From assembly GCA_963737905.1 (NCBI GenBank), contig CAVTUQ010000039.1, positions 1 to 64,000 of the forward strand: a stretch of 64,000 bases of DNA, written 5' to 3'. The position numbers and the translations under genes are program-made. The notes beneath the pieces are model-generated. The model worked only from the letters and a program-made list of their open reading frames with translations, had not been told where the DNA came from and did not search any database. Source of the DNA: an uncultured delta proteobacterium (GTDB taxonomy: Bacteria; Desulfobacterota; Binatia; UBA9968). Below, one piece after another: positions 10,432-20,926 of the stretch; the first letter of the stretch is position 1, and every line of letters starts with the position of its first letter.

Positions 10432-11106
10432 TTATTTCGCTAAAAAGCAGTAAATCCGTCCAGCGCCTCCGCGCGGAGAGGTGTTGGCGCAGCTTCCATT
10501 TTCATGCGACGAGTTCCATACGGGGTATCTGCCAGACGGATCACCGCCGGGGCCTAGCCCATCGGAGTGACCCACCTGCGCCTGCATATCGGACGCTTCC
10601 GACGTCCAGTCGCCGCACGTCTTTCCAGCCATGACCTTACCGTCAGTGGTCGAGCCGGTCAGGATGTCATGTTCGGTGGGCTTCGGTGAGTTAGGCCAAT
10701 TGCCGGGAACGGGTTGGCCGCTCTCATCAACAAACAGAGTAGCGTCTCCTTTGCGGGCGTGCAGCTCGGCAAGATCCTTCGCGACCATGACACCATTGGC
10801 GTTGAACCAGGGACCATTGCCGATCCGACTGCGAGCATCGGTCGGTTGGTTGTTATTATTGGGATCCCGCTCCACGCTCAAGTAGGCCCGCCAAGCGTTG
10901 TTGCCGAGACCCACGGCGGACGCTAGGGTCTGGCAAATGCGATCTGCGCCCTGCAGGCCGCCCAGGTTGCCTGTCTTGCTCTTAGCGCTACTGACAAAGA
11001 AGCTCATGTTAGGATTGCTCTGCGCGGCGCCGACCCGATTGTCCCCATGACCGCTGGCGAAAACCAGCAGGGCGATCACCGCGAGAAGAAAGTTGCAACG
11101 CTTCAT
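10432..11106 (-). CDS. Secreted lectin/endostatin-like domain protein
   Basis: Signal peptide; MSFFVSS..GNLGGLQGADRICQ, RIGNGPW, HDILTGS, TCGDWTS and GRIYCF motifs. Confidence 0.7.
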   Translation of the reverse strand: MKRCNFLLAVIALLVFASGHGDNRVGAAQSNPNMSFFVSSAKSKTGNLGGLQGADRICQTLASAVGLGNNAWRAYLSVERDPNNNNQPTDARSRIGNGPWFNANGVMVAKDLAELHARKGDATLFVDESGQPVPGNWPNSPKPTEHDILTGSTTDGKVMAGKTCGDWTSEASDMQAQVGHSDGLGPGGDPSGRYPVWNSSHENGSCANTSPRGGAGRIYCFLAK

Positions 11107-11119
11107 GAGAATCTCCTTT

Positions 11120-11338
11120 CTACCGCTGTAATCTCGTAATGGAGAGGATATCAGAAGCGCTGACCTGAACGACGCCCTGGTCCGACTTTAACGAAAAATT
11201 TCCCGACTCATCTTTTTGGGTGATATGCCCTTCCATCGGATTTGGAAATCTTCCAATTTCCGGCCGGAGCGTCACTTTAACCCGCTCGCCGATCGCAAGC
11301 GCTTTCAAAATATTTGTCAATGATTCGAATATCGCCAT
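11120..11338 (-). CDS. Small hypothetical protein (predicted beta-rich)
   Basis: GGAGGA RBS before the ATG; 13 nt gap to the next gene. Confidence 0.65.
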   Translation of the reverse strand: MAIFESLTNILKALAIGERVKVTLRPEIGRFPNPMEGHITQKDESGNFSLKSDQGVVQVSASDILSITRLQR

Positions 11339-11564
11339 GGCTCCTCCCAAAATCGCGATGGCACAGACGCAACTTCATCTGAGCATCGCTCATAGCCACA
11401 AACCGAGACGTTTTGAAGACTGCAACCACATTAACTCTTTTGACATTCAATGTCGCGCGTGCGGAGGTCAGTTGCAATTTGAAGGGGTTCCAGGCCGACG
11501 ATGGGCAAGATAATCATATCAAATCCCGCTCCCGCAGCCTTCCCTACCGTCTGTACCGATCGCT

Positions 11565-12459
11565 TCAATATAAGGCAAGAAGCCAACAAGCAATGAACAC
11601 GGCGAGCGCCGCACTGCCCGAGGCCCACTGGATACGTAACCCCGGCGGACGCGGCGTGAAAAGACCGAAGAGAAGTCCTAGGACACCGCCAAACACGAAA
11701 CCGAAGAGGTGAGCCAAAACATCCACGCGCTCTCCTCCCGTACCTAGCATCGCGAGAAGCGCAAGCGCTGCGGCGACGGGCACCCAGGCGCGGCGCTTGG
11801 GTGCTTTACTCCGGCCGCGCCTGCCCAAACCCAAGCCGCCGAGCATCCCGACAGCGCCAAAAACCGAAGTAGAGGCTCCTATGGAGACATGAGCAGAGCC
11901 GTGGAGGAGAGCGTTGGCAAGATTTCCGCCGGCGCCGGCTAGCAGGACCAGAGCCGAAGCCAGTCCAGCCCCCAGGGTGCTGGATAGCGCACCAAGAAAG
12001 ATGGTGATGCCGATGGCATTGCTTAGGACATGCGGCAGATTGGCATGCAGGCTGAGAGCGGTCACCGTACGCCATAGCTCGCCGTGAAGTATCCGGTCAG
12101 CATCCGCACTGCCGCGCTCCAACCATTGCGCCGTGGGATCCCCAATCGCAGTTATGAAAAAACATAGGAGGAGAATTCCGGCAACCAACGCTCCCGCTAC
12201 GAGGTTTGGCGGATCTGCCGGCTCATCTCGCTCGCGTAGTTTGGGCGGATTCTCCCGCTCATATGCCGAAAGCCCGGCAAGCGCCCTCTCCACCTCTTCC
12301 TCCGGCACGCTGAGAACAAGCCCATCCCGGGTCCGACTCAAGGTGGGGGAAAGGCCCTGAGCAACGAGGGCAAGCTCCCACTCCTCCGCCAAGTTGATAG
12401 TCCCTTGTAACCCGCAGAGGACTTTCTGAATCTTTGGTCAACGAAGCAGCACCCGACAT
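11565..12459 (-). CDS. Rhomboid family intramembrane serine protease (apparent frameshift near 12393)
   Basis: ELWRTVTALSLHANLPHVLSN, IGASTSVFG and AHLFGF motifs. The N-terminus MSGAASLTK..RDYQ lies in the adjacent frame. Confidence 0.85.
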
Positions 12460-12509
12460 ACTTGTTTCGAGTTAACCGCCTTTAGGTAACTCTGACACAA
12501 AATCAGGAG

Positions 12510-12630
12510 GAAGGTGCCTCTCGCTTCTTCCTCTTTACATAGTTGATGACGACGGCAATGATCGAGGGCAGGCCAAAAACGAAGGCTCCGACAATGGTCG
12601 CGATGGTGGTCACGCCGATCAGGAGCTAGG
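12510..12630 (-). pseudogene. Fragment of a DUF4870-like membrane protein
   Basis: Translates LLIGVTTIATIVGAFVFGLPSIIAVVINYVKR..EARGTFL, with no start or proper end. Confidence 0.5.
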
Positions 12631-12640
12631 GGAATCAATG

Positions 12641-14012
12641 CTATTCCGGGAAAAAGCCGTGGGGCGGGGCCGCCGGCGCGGGAACTGAGGCTTTACGGGG
12701 ACCTACCGGCAGCGGTTGTTCGCGAAGCATGTGGGCCACCAGTACCTCGCGAACGGTGTCGAGATCCAACCCGGCCGCAGCCGCCTGTTCGGCGACCTCC
12801 GCCAGAACCCGATCGACGTCTTGCATCATTTTCCACTGCTTGAAGAGATCTTTGCTCTCCACGCCCATAGCTTCACCCACCAGCTCGAGGAAGTTGACGA
12901 TCTTGAACGGGGATGTCGCCTCGTGAGCGCACAGCTCGCGATGGCAAGCGTGATAAATGCCGACGAGACAGTCGACGCCGCCGGCCGCCGCCGCGTCGAG
13001 CTCCCGCGCATGGAGCTCGCGCTTATACGCCGGTACCGGCGCCAGCGAGTTGCACATATATCCCACTCGTGGTTGACCGAGATCGACCAGCTCCACGCCG
13101 GGGATTGCCGTGAGAATCTGTGTAACGCCTTCGGTCACGCCGGCCACCCCCGGATGTTCGTGCAGAGCCACGCGTTTGTAAACCGGATGAATAAAGTGCG
13201 GGCGGAGCAGCTCGATTCGAGCGGCGATGTAGGGGATGACATGCTGCAGGGCGAAAGCAGCCTCCGTGCTCGGCATGATGATCTCGCTCAGTTGTATATT
13301 GCAAGTGGGGCACCATGTGAGAACGCGGGAAGCGCCGGTGCCGGCGAATCCGGCGACCGTGTTGCCGCCGATTCGTCCGGATGCCTTGGCATCGCCGGCG
13401 CGATATTGAATAACACCGCAACAGTTTGCCGGACCGCCGAAAACTTTGTAGCGCGCGCCGATTCGATTCAAGACCTCCAGGCAAAGAAGCGCGATATGCG
13501 GCGTCTTGAGGATATTGCAGCCAAGATACATGACGACATCCGGCGCCGCTTCGGAATCAGCGCGGGCGGACCGGGTGATCCGGGCAAGCAGTTCAGCAGG
13601 GAGCTGCACCCGGGAGAGCACCTTCACCGATTCGGACATTTTCTGGAAACCGGCCTGGCCGGTAGCGTGGCGTTCTTCTACGGCCCGCCGCTGGTTGAGC
13701 TTGAGGCGGGTAGCCGCTAACATGAAACGAGGATTGACGCCGTCGTCGCAGGCAGAGATACAGCGACCCGAGCCAGTGCACGATTTGCGCCCAGCGGGCG
13801 CCCCGGCTGGCCGCGTCACCGCCCCCGCGCAGAATGTCGAGCACGTCGCCCACGACGGCTGCCGGTTCCCGGGTGTCGATTCCGGCAGGACCGGCGGTGG
13901 GACAGACCTCGACGCATCGCGCGCAGCGGGTGCAGCGGTCGAGGATTTCGCTCACTCTAACGTCGAGCGAGGCGATGAATGCGTCACCGCGGTCCATCAT
14001 AGTTTCACTCAA
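12641..14012 (-). CDS. (Fe-S)-binding oxidoreductase with CCG domains (GlpC/HdrD-like), frameshift near 13786
   Basis: CTRCARCVEVCP and CTGSGRCISAC ferredoxin motifs split across two frames; YLGC, CCG and WCPTC motifs. Confidence 0.85.
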
Positions 14013-14210
14013 ACATGTCGCTGGCTAACTTCGGTATATCGCTATAAACCCCTTCACTTCCATGTGGACCAAATATTAGCGACACATCGCCGGTTGTGTC
14101 AAACATCTACACGTCCCTCTATCATCAAGGCCCGCACCTGGGCGATATGCCGCGCTGCAGCCCGTGAGCGCCGTGAGAATAACAAACCATTCAATTCCTC
14201 ATTCATCTAT

Positions 14211-15675
14211 TCAACCCGAACCCACTCTCTTTTCGCTGCTGTCGGGCCGTTTTTCGAACCACCTGGCGGCCTGCTCGTATGCATGCGCCACTTGAAAAAC
14301 CGTGCTCTCTTCGAAATTCCCGCCGACGATTTGCAGTCCGATTGGTAGTCCTAAAGAAGAAAACCCGCAACAGAGGCTGACGGCCGGCAGGCCCGTCACA
14401 TTAAACGGCACCGTAAAAGTGGTGCCCAAACTTATGCCTGCCGGTTGAAGCGCAATTCTTTGGCCGTCAATTTCGACAAATCCCTGTTTGCACTCTTCTA
14501 TGGTCGGCGCGGTGATTGGCGTGGTGGGTGTGACGATCACATCCAGCTTGTCAAAAGCTTTTTCAAACTCCTCGCAGATAATTCGTCTAACCCTTTGAGC
14601 CGTTACATAGCTCGAGGCGGGGATCATCAGCGAACCGATCAGGCGATGGAGCAAAGGGCGGCTGAAGTCATTGGGGCGTGATTTCATATAAGGCATCAGA
14701 TGAACGATGTTCTCCACGCGGCTGGTGACGGTCTGTACGGCCGGGATGAGATCCCTGTGAGGAATCGAGAATTCGACTTTTTTCATTCCGAGCGAGTGCA
14801 GCACGCGCGCCGCCTCGTCGATTGCCGTCTTAACTTCGGTTGCGACTTTATCTTCGAAATAACCCCTGAGTATGCCGAACTTTAGACCTTTGACGCTCTT
14901 TTTGATGCCGCGAGAAAAATTGGCGACGGGGGATTCCGAGCTCAGCGGATCTCTCACGTCGTACCCGGAGATCGTCTGTAATATCGTGGCGCAATCTTTT
15001 ATGGATTTGCTGAAAATGCCGAAGTGATCGGAAGAAAACCCTCCCGTTCCGGGAACATCACCGAAGCGGCTCACCCGTCCGTAGGTGGCCTTGAGACCGA
15101 CGGTTCCGCAAAAGGACGCGGGGTTTCTTACCGAACCGGCATTGTCGGTTCCAATGGAGCCAAGGCAAAGGCTTGCGGCCACCGCCGAGGCGGAGCCGCC
15201 ACTGGAACCGCCGGGCACTCGTTCCAGATCCCAGGGATTGCGGGTGGTGCCGTAGTAAGGATTGATCGTCGTTCCGCCGCTGGCCCATTCATGCATGTTG
15301 GTTTTGCCGAGTATGATGGCCCCCGCCTTCTTGAGTCTTTCTACTACCGTCGCATCATGGTCCGGCACCCACTCCGCCAGCACTTTCGAGTCCGCCGTAG
15401 TGCGTATTCCTTGGGTCGCCAAATTGTCTTTGATCGAAAAGGGGATGCCGTGCAGCGGACCGCGATACCTGCCGCGCGAGATCTCCCTTTCCGCTGTTTT
15501 GGCGTCAGCGCGGGCTTTCTCTTCCGTGACCGTCACATAGGCGTTGAGAGCGGGGTTTAACTTTTTGATTCGTTGCAAGAACAGATCTCGTAAGCTCGAC
15601 CGGCGATAGCTTTTTGCCGCGAATATGCCTGGAGATCTCACCAATCGTCATCGCCTCGATATCGATGGGCTTCAT
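14211..15675 (-). CDS. Amidase signature family protein (GatA-like), frameshift near 15588
   Basis: GPLHGIPFSIKDN, GKTNMHE, GGSSGGS and GTDNAGSVRNPASFCG motifs. The true N-terminus MKPIDIEAMTIGEIS...LSPVELT overlaps the upstream stop (ATGA). Confidence 0.9.
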
Positions 15676-15866
15676 CTTCGCACCTTCTTCTTTTCCACTT
15701 TCAGGATCGGCATGACGTCGACGAGATCCATTTCATTCAAAGGCCGCAGTAAACGCTCCATCTCTTCGGCCTGCTGGACGATCACTTTGATCTCGTCCTC
15801 ACTCAGCTTGAAGCCGTACTCGGCATTCAGTTTTCGAATTTGCTCTTCCATCTCGGGCCTCCCCAT
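15672..15866 (-). CDS. Small GatC/AtzG-like amidase partner protein
   Basis: 64 aa, helical and charged; translationally coupled to the amidase. Confidence 0.6.
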   Translation of the reverse strand: MGRPEMEEQIRKLNAEYGFKLSEDEIKVIVQQAEEMERLLRPLNEMDLVDVMPILKVEKKKVRR

Positions 15867-16435
15867 TCATTTCTGATACTGCTTGCCAGAGTCGATTGGA
15901 ACAATCTGACCAGGATGAATATCCCGAATAATCTGACACCTATATCTCGCACGTGCTGGACGAACTTATAGTCGAGAATTTTTCCCAACCAAGAACCTTA
16001 CGAAGTTTTATATCACAGCGAAGACAAACGGCGTCAAGTCTATTGGCATAAAGCGACCGTCAGAGTACCGATTGAACGACCACGGCCCAGTTACCGTTCA
16101 GTCCAACGAATATGTTCTTGGGGTTTGAAATCGCCAACGTTTAAAATACTAATCGAACCACCGGAAATTTCTAGCGTGTCATCAGCGTCAAATGCATAGA
16201 TCTTCATGGCAAGGCCCGCCTGCTTACGTTCTTTGGGATTCATGCGTTGTTGACCCGAGTCCACGGCGATTTCGCGGCACTGATCTAAATCTCAGAAACA
16301 ACAAATACGTCAACTGCTCAACGCTTCCGCAACTCTTTCGGAATGGGATCGCGCCGGATTCCCAAACCTCGCCTTTGACTTCAAGGCCCTGCCTAATATA
16401 ATTGCCGCATAACTCAAACGAGGAGGAGGCCGCCA

Positions 16436-16834
16436 ATGAAATTTGGGAAACCAGATTGGGCCGCTGTACCACTCCGACTGGGATTGGGAATCATTCTTCT
16501 CGTCGCAGGGTACGGTAAACTGACTCAAATGCCCAATACCATCGCCTTTTTCACAAAGTACGGGTTTCCGATTCCGATCGTCACGGCCTGGTTCATCGCG
16601 TCGCTGGAATTCTTCGGTGGAGCGGCCCTGATCCTGGGCCTGTTCGTTCGGATCCTGGGAATTCTTTACGCAATTGAATTCATTGTCGCATCGGTTCGGG
16701 TTCAACTGCCCACCTCCGGTTATGCCCAAACCCGCCTTCTCTTCATGTTTATTGCCGCTGGCTTGGCTTTATACTTTCTCGGAGCCGGTCCTTTGTCGAT
16801 CGATTCCGTCTGGAGAGAGAAGGAAAAGCGTTAA
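16436..16834 (+). CDS. DoxX family membrane protein
   Basis: LRLGLG..GYGKL, EFFGG..LILGL..R and GAGPLSID motifs; strong RBS. Confidence 0.9.
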   Translation: MKFGKPDWAAVPLRLGLGIILLVAGYGKLTQMPNTIAFFTKYGFPIPIVTAWFIASLEFFGGAALILGLFVRILGILYAIEFIVASVRVQLPTSGYAQTRLLFMFIAAGLALYFLGAGPLSIDSVWREKEKR

Positions 16835-17203
16835 CGAGAACATACATGTGCACCACGGCTGGCGTCGATTCGTTTGCGCCGGGCAGCAGAAGAGGTCCAC
16901 TTTGACTTGTCGCGGCCTATTCAAGTTTTCATGGTCGCCTTGCTTAATATCAAAACGAAACCCGACGCTGCCGCAATTGGAACAATGATCTAACACGTCG
17001 GGTGCCGGTCCCGACACTTGCCCTTTCAGCTGCTTTTGGCCCCAGATCCGCCCCTATTCCGTGGAATTGTTTGAGAGTGACTGCGAGATCTTCAAACGAC
17101 TTCTTGAGCGAGGACATCGGGGTCGGGAAGGTTGTCAGAGTCTTCTAGACTCTTATCGCGAAGCTTTGTCGCGATTACCCCAATATTTTTCACCAGTCAA
17201 ACG

Positions 17204-17776
17204 CTATCTTGACTCGTCCAAATTGAACGCTACTTCACGCCCGTTTAAAAGCAGCCGCGGCACCACCTCCACCGGCTGGCGCAGAGTGTTGGTCGCGTAG
17301 CAAGAACGTTCCATGAACGCCAAAAGTTCTACGACGCGTCCTTCTTTCTCTGGACTCTGCAGCTCGAGCTTATAGGTGAACCGACGACAGGCCGAAGGAA
17401 CGTCGGCCAGACCGAACTTTCCTCTCTGATCGAATTCCCCTTCAACGGTAAGCTCTGCGCGGTCGATCTGGACCCCGAGATATGACGCACACTGCGTCAG
17501 TTGACTCAACAGTCAAAGGCCGACGGAAGCGACCAGATACTGCAACGGCGCCGGTCCCTTCCCCAGACCTCCTCTCTCGACGGGTTCGTCGCAGGCGATC
17601 GTATACCCGCCGGGTACCTGTGCTTCCTTATAGTGATCCTTGATCAAGCGGATCTTCGCCTGGTGCGTCGTCACTGCCTTTTCTGGATCTTTCAAAAAGG
17701 CCTGACGTCGCTGCTCAAAAATCTCCTTGTGATGCTGATAGTCGATTGTGCAACAGCTCTCTTCTTTGTCGTCCAT
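17204..17776 (-). CDS. OsmC/Ohr-like peroxiredoxin, predicted selenoprotein (UGA at 17513-17515)
   Basis: Two track ORFs are in frame, joined by one TGA: DEPVERGGLGKGPAPLQYLVASVGL-U-LLSQL...MERSCYATNTL. The UGA sits at the first catalytic Cys position, with a SECIS-like hairpin downstream. Confidence 0.85.
17483..17499 (-). promoter_or_regulatory. Candidate bacterial SECIS apical hairpin (OsmC)
   Basis: TGACGCA-GTG-TGCGTCA: perfect 7-bp stem; the loop starts with G 21 nt after the UGA. Confidence 0.6.
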
Positions 17777-17831
17777 TCCGGTCACCTCGCTTTGTTTTTT
17801 CAGTGGGATGGGTTAGCCATTTGTGGTGTCT

Positions 17832-18094
17832 TTACGGTTCGGTCTCCTTGGCTCCTAGATCCCCGGCGATTTCGCGAAACTGCTCCAGGGCAGCTTCGAG
17901 ATCTTGGGCCGAGCACTTGGGCAAGAACATCGTGATTGGTACCATTTTCCGGTCCCTCAAGCTTTTAACAGCTTGATCGGTTGAAGTATTGAACGGCTTG
18001 AACCGTCAGGCTCGTAATCGCCATAGCTCATCCCGTCGTCCCGGAGGACGTTACAGTAATTCCAGAGTTTCTGGACGATTGCTGACGAGGTCAT
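17832..18094 (-). pseudogene. hsdM: Type I RM methyltransferase remnant (N- and C-terminal stubs only)
   Basis: 18094..18014 reads MTSSAIVQKLWNYCNVLRDDGMSYGDY; 17931..17832 reads DVLAQ..QDLEAALEQFREIAGDLGAKETEP*. The middle is missing. Confidence 0.8.
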
Positions 18095-18136
18095 GTTTTT
18101 AATCCATCCACGTCAGAACAGTCTGAATTCGCGTGA

Positions 18137-18466
18137 TTACAGAATCCTTTCAAGTTCGGCTTTTAGCGTGGGAAGGTCTCTGCTGACTGTGCTCCAAACG
18201 GTATCCAAATCAACATCAAAGTAGGCATGTATCAAGCGGTTACGCATGCCGCTGATATCTTGCCAAGGAATAGAGGGGTTTTGAGAGCGGGTCTCGGCGG
18301 ATATTTTGCTGGCCGCTTCACCGATGATTTCAAGTTCCCGAATCAGGGACAAGACCAACATGCGGTCGCTGTCCAGGTCGGCTCGAATCTTTCCTTGAAT
18401 GAAGGTCAGAGCTTCGTTGGCTGCGTCCAGCATGTGCTGCAGCCGGATACGGTCATCCTTCCGCAT
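18137..18466 (-). CDS. HepT-like (DUF86/HEPN) ribonuclease toxin
   Basis: [16 protein letters not shown] and [21 protein letters not shown] (Rx4H) motifs. Confidence 0.9.
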   Translation of the reverse strand: MRKDDRIRLQHMLDAANEALTFIQGKIRADLDSDRMLVLSLIRELEIIGEAASKISAETRSQNPSIPWQDISGMRNRLIHAYFDVDLDTVWSTVSRDLPTLKAELERIL

Positions 18467-18767
18467 ACTGCACGCTGGCCGTGGACAGCACTTCGTCGCG
18501 GAAATAACGGCTAAGCTCGTTGGGCGTGCGCAAGTCGACCTTTTTAACCTCGAGGATCGCACAGAGCTCCCTCTCCATCCGAGCCAAATCGAGGAGACTT
18601 GGTGCCGTCTCGTCGGAATGGAACTCAACAAGGAGGTCGATGTCGCTATCTTTCCGAAGCTCGCCCTTTAACGCGGACCCGAAGAGGGAAAGTCTCCTTA
18701 TTCGATTTCTTTTGCAGAAATCGGCAATCTTCTCTCGCGGGAGTTCGATACTCGGTTTATTGCGCAT
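18453..18767 (-). CDS. MntA-like minimal nucleotidyltransferase antitoxin
   Basis: [22 protein letters not shown] and KVDL motifs; overlaps the HepT gene. Confidence 0.9.
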   Translation of the reverse strand: MRNKPSIELPREKIADFCKRNRIRRLSLFGSALKGELRKDSDIDLLVEFHSDETAPSLLDLARMERELCAILEVKKVDLRTPNELSRYFRDEVLSTASVQYAEG

Positions 18768-18792
18768 TTTGAAACCTTCCTACTTCGGTCAT

Positions 18793-19056
18793 TTATTGAA
18801 TTCTCCAATGGCGGCCGTAAAGATAACGGTCGTGGTCGCGGTTACTCACTGGAGGTCCCGTCTCTACGGAAAGTGCCGCGACGCCATTGAGAACACGGAG
18901 TATGCGCACATGTTCCGCTTTAGAGATCTCTGCTTCCTTCGCGCTCTTGAGGCCACGGTGCTGTCGCCATATCGAATCTACAAAGTCCAATACTTCCTTT
19001 TGCTTTTCTACTGGCAACTTGAGGAGCTTTTCCAACACTGATTTTTCGATACTCAT
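18793..19056 (-). CDS. Small DUF2281-like putative antitoxin
   Basis: LLKLPVEKQKEVLDFVD N-terminus and HDRYLYG C-terminus; no PIN toxin follows. Confidence 0.6.
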   Translation of the reverse strand: MSIEKSVLEKLLKLPVEKQKEVLDFVDSIWRQHRGLKSAKEAEISKAEHVRILRVLNGVAALSVETGPPVSNRDHDRYLYGRHWRIQ

Positions 19057-19188
19057 GCTTCTCCGAATGGTTCTTTATCTTATGTCACCATTTTGCCTGC
19101 CCGTTGGATCTTTGTCCAACCTACCAGTTGGTCTGCTCATCAGCCAACTTGCGATACAGCCGACCCTTTTCCTTTCAATCGAACGGGC

Positions 19189-19422
19189 TCATTTGAAGTG
19201 GGACCAGAAAAATTCATTGATAGAAACCCGCTCCCCTGGCGTTAGAGGCGTCGCATTGGGCAAGGCTTCTTTGGCCAACCGTATCCAGTCAAGTGGAGTA
19301 CTTTGATTCGCGAATCGCCGACCGTAGATTGACTCACGCTCCGCGCGCAGATCTCTATTCAGATTTGATTTCATTTCCTCCTGACGGCTTAGCCTAAAAG
19401 ACTCCCGACCCCTTTTCGTCAC
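19189..19422 (-). CDS. Small hypothetical protein
   Basis: 77-aa ORF, co-oriented, with a plausible RBS; no family recognised. Confidence 0.45.
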   Translation of the reverse strand: MTKRGRESFRLSRQEEMKSNLNRDLRAERESIYGRRFANQSTPLDWIRLAKEALPNATPLTPGERVSINEFFWSHFK

Positions 19423-19482
19423 TCCATCCCCTATTTAAGCCACGCCCTTTCGTTCAAGTTTAAAGGCTCGTGCAATCCTTTG

Positions 19483-20289
19483 CTATTGTTTTCTGGCAAA
19501 GAGCAAGATTCCGCCTATGCAACTCAGATATGTGAAATCGACCCCGCCAGGAGTAAGGTCAAATGTTGACGTCATACCATGCCCGAAGACGCGATTTCTA
19601 AGGATATTTATAGCATCGAGGACGCCGATAATTTGCGGTTGCATTACCTGACTTTGACGAAGGTGAGTGATCACAGCTCCAAACGTTGCGTTAGGCATCG
19701 AGAAGACTTCCTTGGCAACCGACTCCAAAGCATCAAATATGTTCTTACACGAATCGCGGTTCCGCCTTGGCCTATCATCGTAAGCGTCTCTTGCATCATT
19801 AAATAATCGTGAAGCTGCCTCAAATCGGGGCTGTCTTAACTCTTGAATTGCCGCCTCTATTTGGCTTTGCGCCGCCAATGGGACGACCCGCCTGAGATGC
19901 CCGTCTGCTTGTAGTTCCCAAACCACCCCGTACCCTGCCAAAATTCGATTGACACTTTCTCGATACTGATCCTGAAGATCTGCCCTGATAAACTCTGGCC
20001 ACAGTCGAGTAATCAAATCGTAAACTCTTTGCCATTGTATAGCTCTAATGTCGCGCCCGACTGCATACCTGTACCCACCATACGGATTGGCGGCTATTCC
20101 CATTCCCATGCTCTGCTGGCTTATCTCGTAAATACGCCGTGAGCTAATATGTGCGCCTTCGTCGGCTTCGCAAATAGAAAAAATAGCATCCACTAACTCT
20201 TCTCTCATTTCGTTCGGTGCGTCGGCGTCAATATTTCTTACAGCGGGCGTCAAACCTTGCGACGAAGAAAACACTCGAAATTGAGTCAT
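19483..20289 (-). CDS. AbiJ-N-terminal-domain-like protein with C-terminal HEPN-like motif
   Basis: WQRVYDLI, VNRIL..GVVWEL, DALESVAK and LRNRVFGHG (R-x5-H) motifs; AT-richer DNA. Confidence 0.6.
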   Translation of the reverse strand: MTQFRVFSSSQGLTPAVRNIDADAPNEMREELVDAIFSICEADEGAHISSRRIYEISQQSMGMGIAANPYGGYRYAVGRDIRAIQWQRVYDLITRLWPEFIRADLQDQYRESVNRILAGYGVVWELQADGHLRRVVPLAAQSQIEAAIQELRQPRFEAASRLFNDARDAYDDRPRRNRDSCKNIFDALESVAKEVFSMPNATFGAVITHLRQSQVMQPQIIGVLDAINILRNRVFGHGMTSTFDLTPGGVDFTYLSCIGGILLFARKQ

Positions 20290-20467
20290 ATTAGCAACTC
20301 CCAATATTGGGGATTTATCCAGGCAAAACCTTTGATGACGTACGTGTTAGACGTCGGAATCAAAACTCGTTCCGGATTCTTGGCAACGGCAGTTTACGTA
20401 AAGGTAGACGTCCCGTTTTCTTTTATTGGTCTATTACATCTCCGCCTTACCGGTCCGCCACACAATA

Positions 20468-20926
20468 CTATTCCTGAAATAATTCCCGAATTTTCCATTT
20501 AGCCAAACCCACGGTTGCAAGCGATGTTGCTGACGAAAGTAAACCGGAGACGATCAGGGTCGTACCAATTGGTAAGTTGTATTTACTGAGTATATACAGC
20601 CCTGCCGCCCCCAAAAGAAAACCGAAGCCGCAAACCACTAGCGCTAACAAGATTCGAGTTTTTAGCATGGGATAGTCTGGCCATTCGAGAATCAGACGCC
20701 GCTTTCCGTGTGGCGAAATCACGTCACCGCCTAACTGGTACGTCGCGACAAAGAAAGCGGCTGGGATTGTAGCCGCACCTAAACCCCATTTAACATCCCC
20801 AGCGAACTGTTCTGTAAAGAAAACAGCCGGTTCGGGCCAATAGGCAAGAAGCACGAAGGGAAGAAGCCCAGCTATGACTTCCGGAGAAATTAACGTTGCT
20901 CGTGCCACGTCCCAAAGGCGTTTCAT
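20468..20926 (-). CDS. Four-TM membrane protein coupled to the DUF4747-like gene
   Basis: About four hydrophobic segments; ATGA overlap with the upstream gene. Confidence 0.75.
   Translation of the reverse strand: MKRLWDVARATLISPEVIAGLLPFVLLAYWPEPAVFFTEQFAGDVKWGLGAATIPAAFFVATYQLGGDVISPHGKRRLILEWPDYPMLKTRILLALVVCGFGFLLGAAGLYILSKYNLPIGTTLIVSGLLSSATSLATVGLAKWKIRELFQE

Noticed and set aside
12716-13720. Long plus-strand ORF (334 aa) and similar antisense ORFs over copA, the amidase and the TRAP genes
   Set aside because: These are shadow frames of well-supported opposite-strand genes in GC-rich DNA.
16769-17017. Cys-rich ORF (CSNC, CC, CTC) convergent on doxX
   Set aside because: It overlaps the doxX 3' end, has no clear RBS and no recognisable family.
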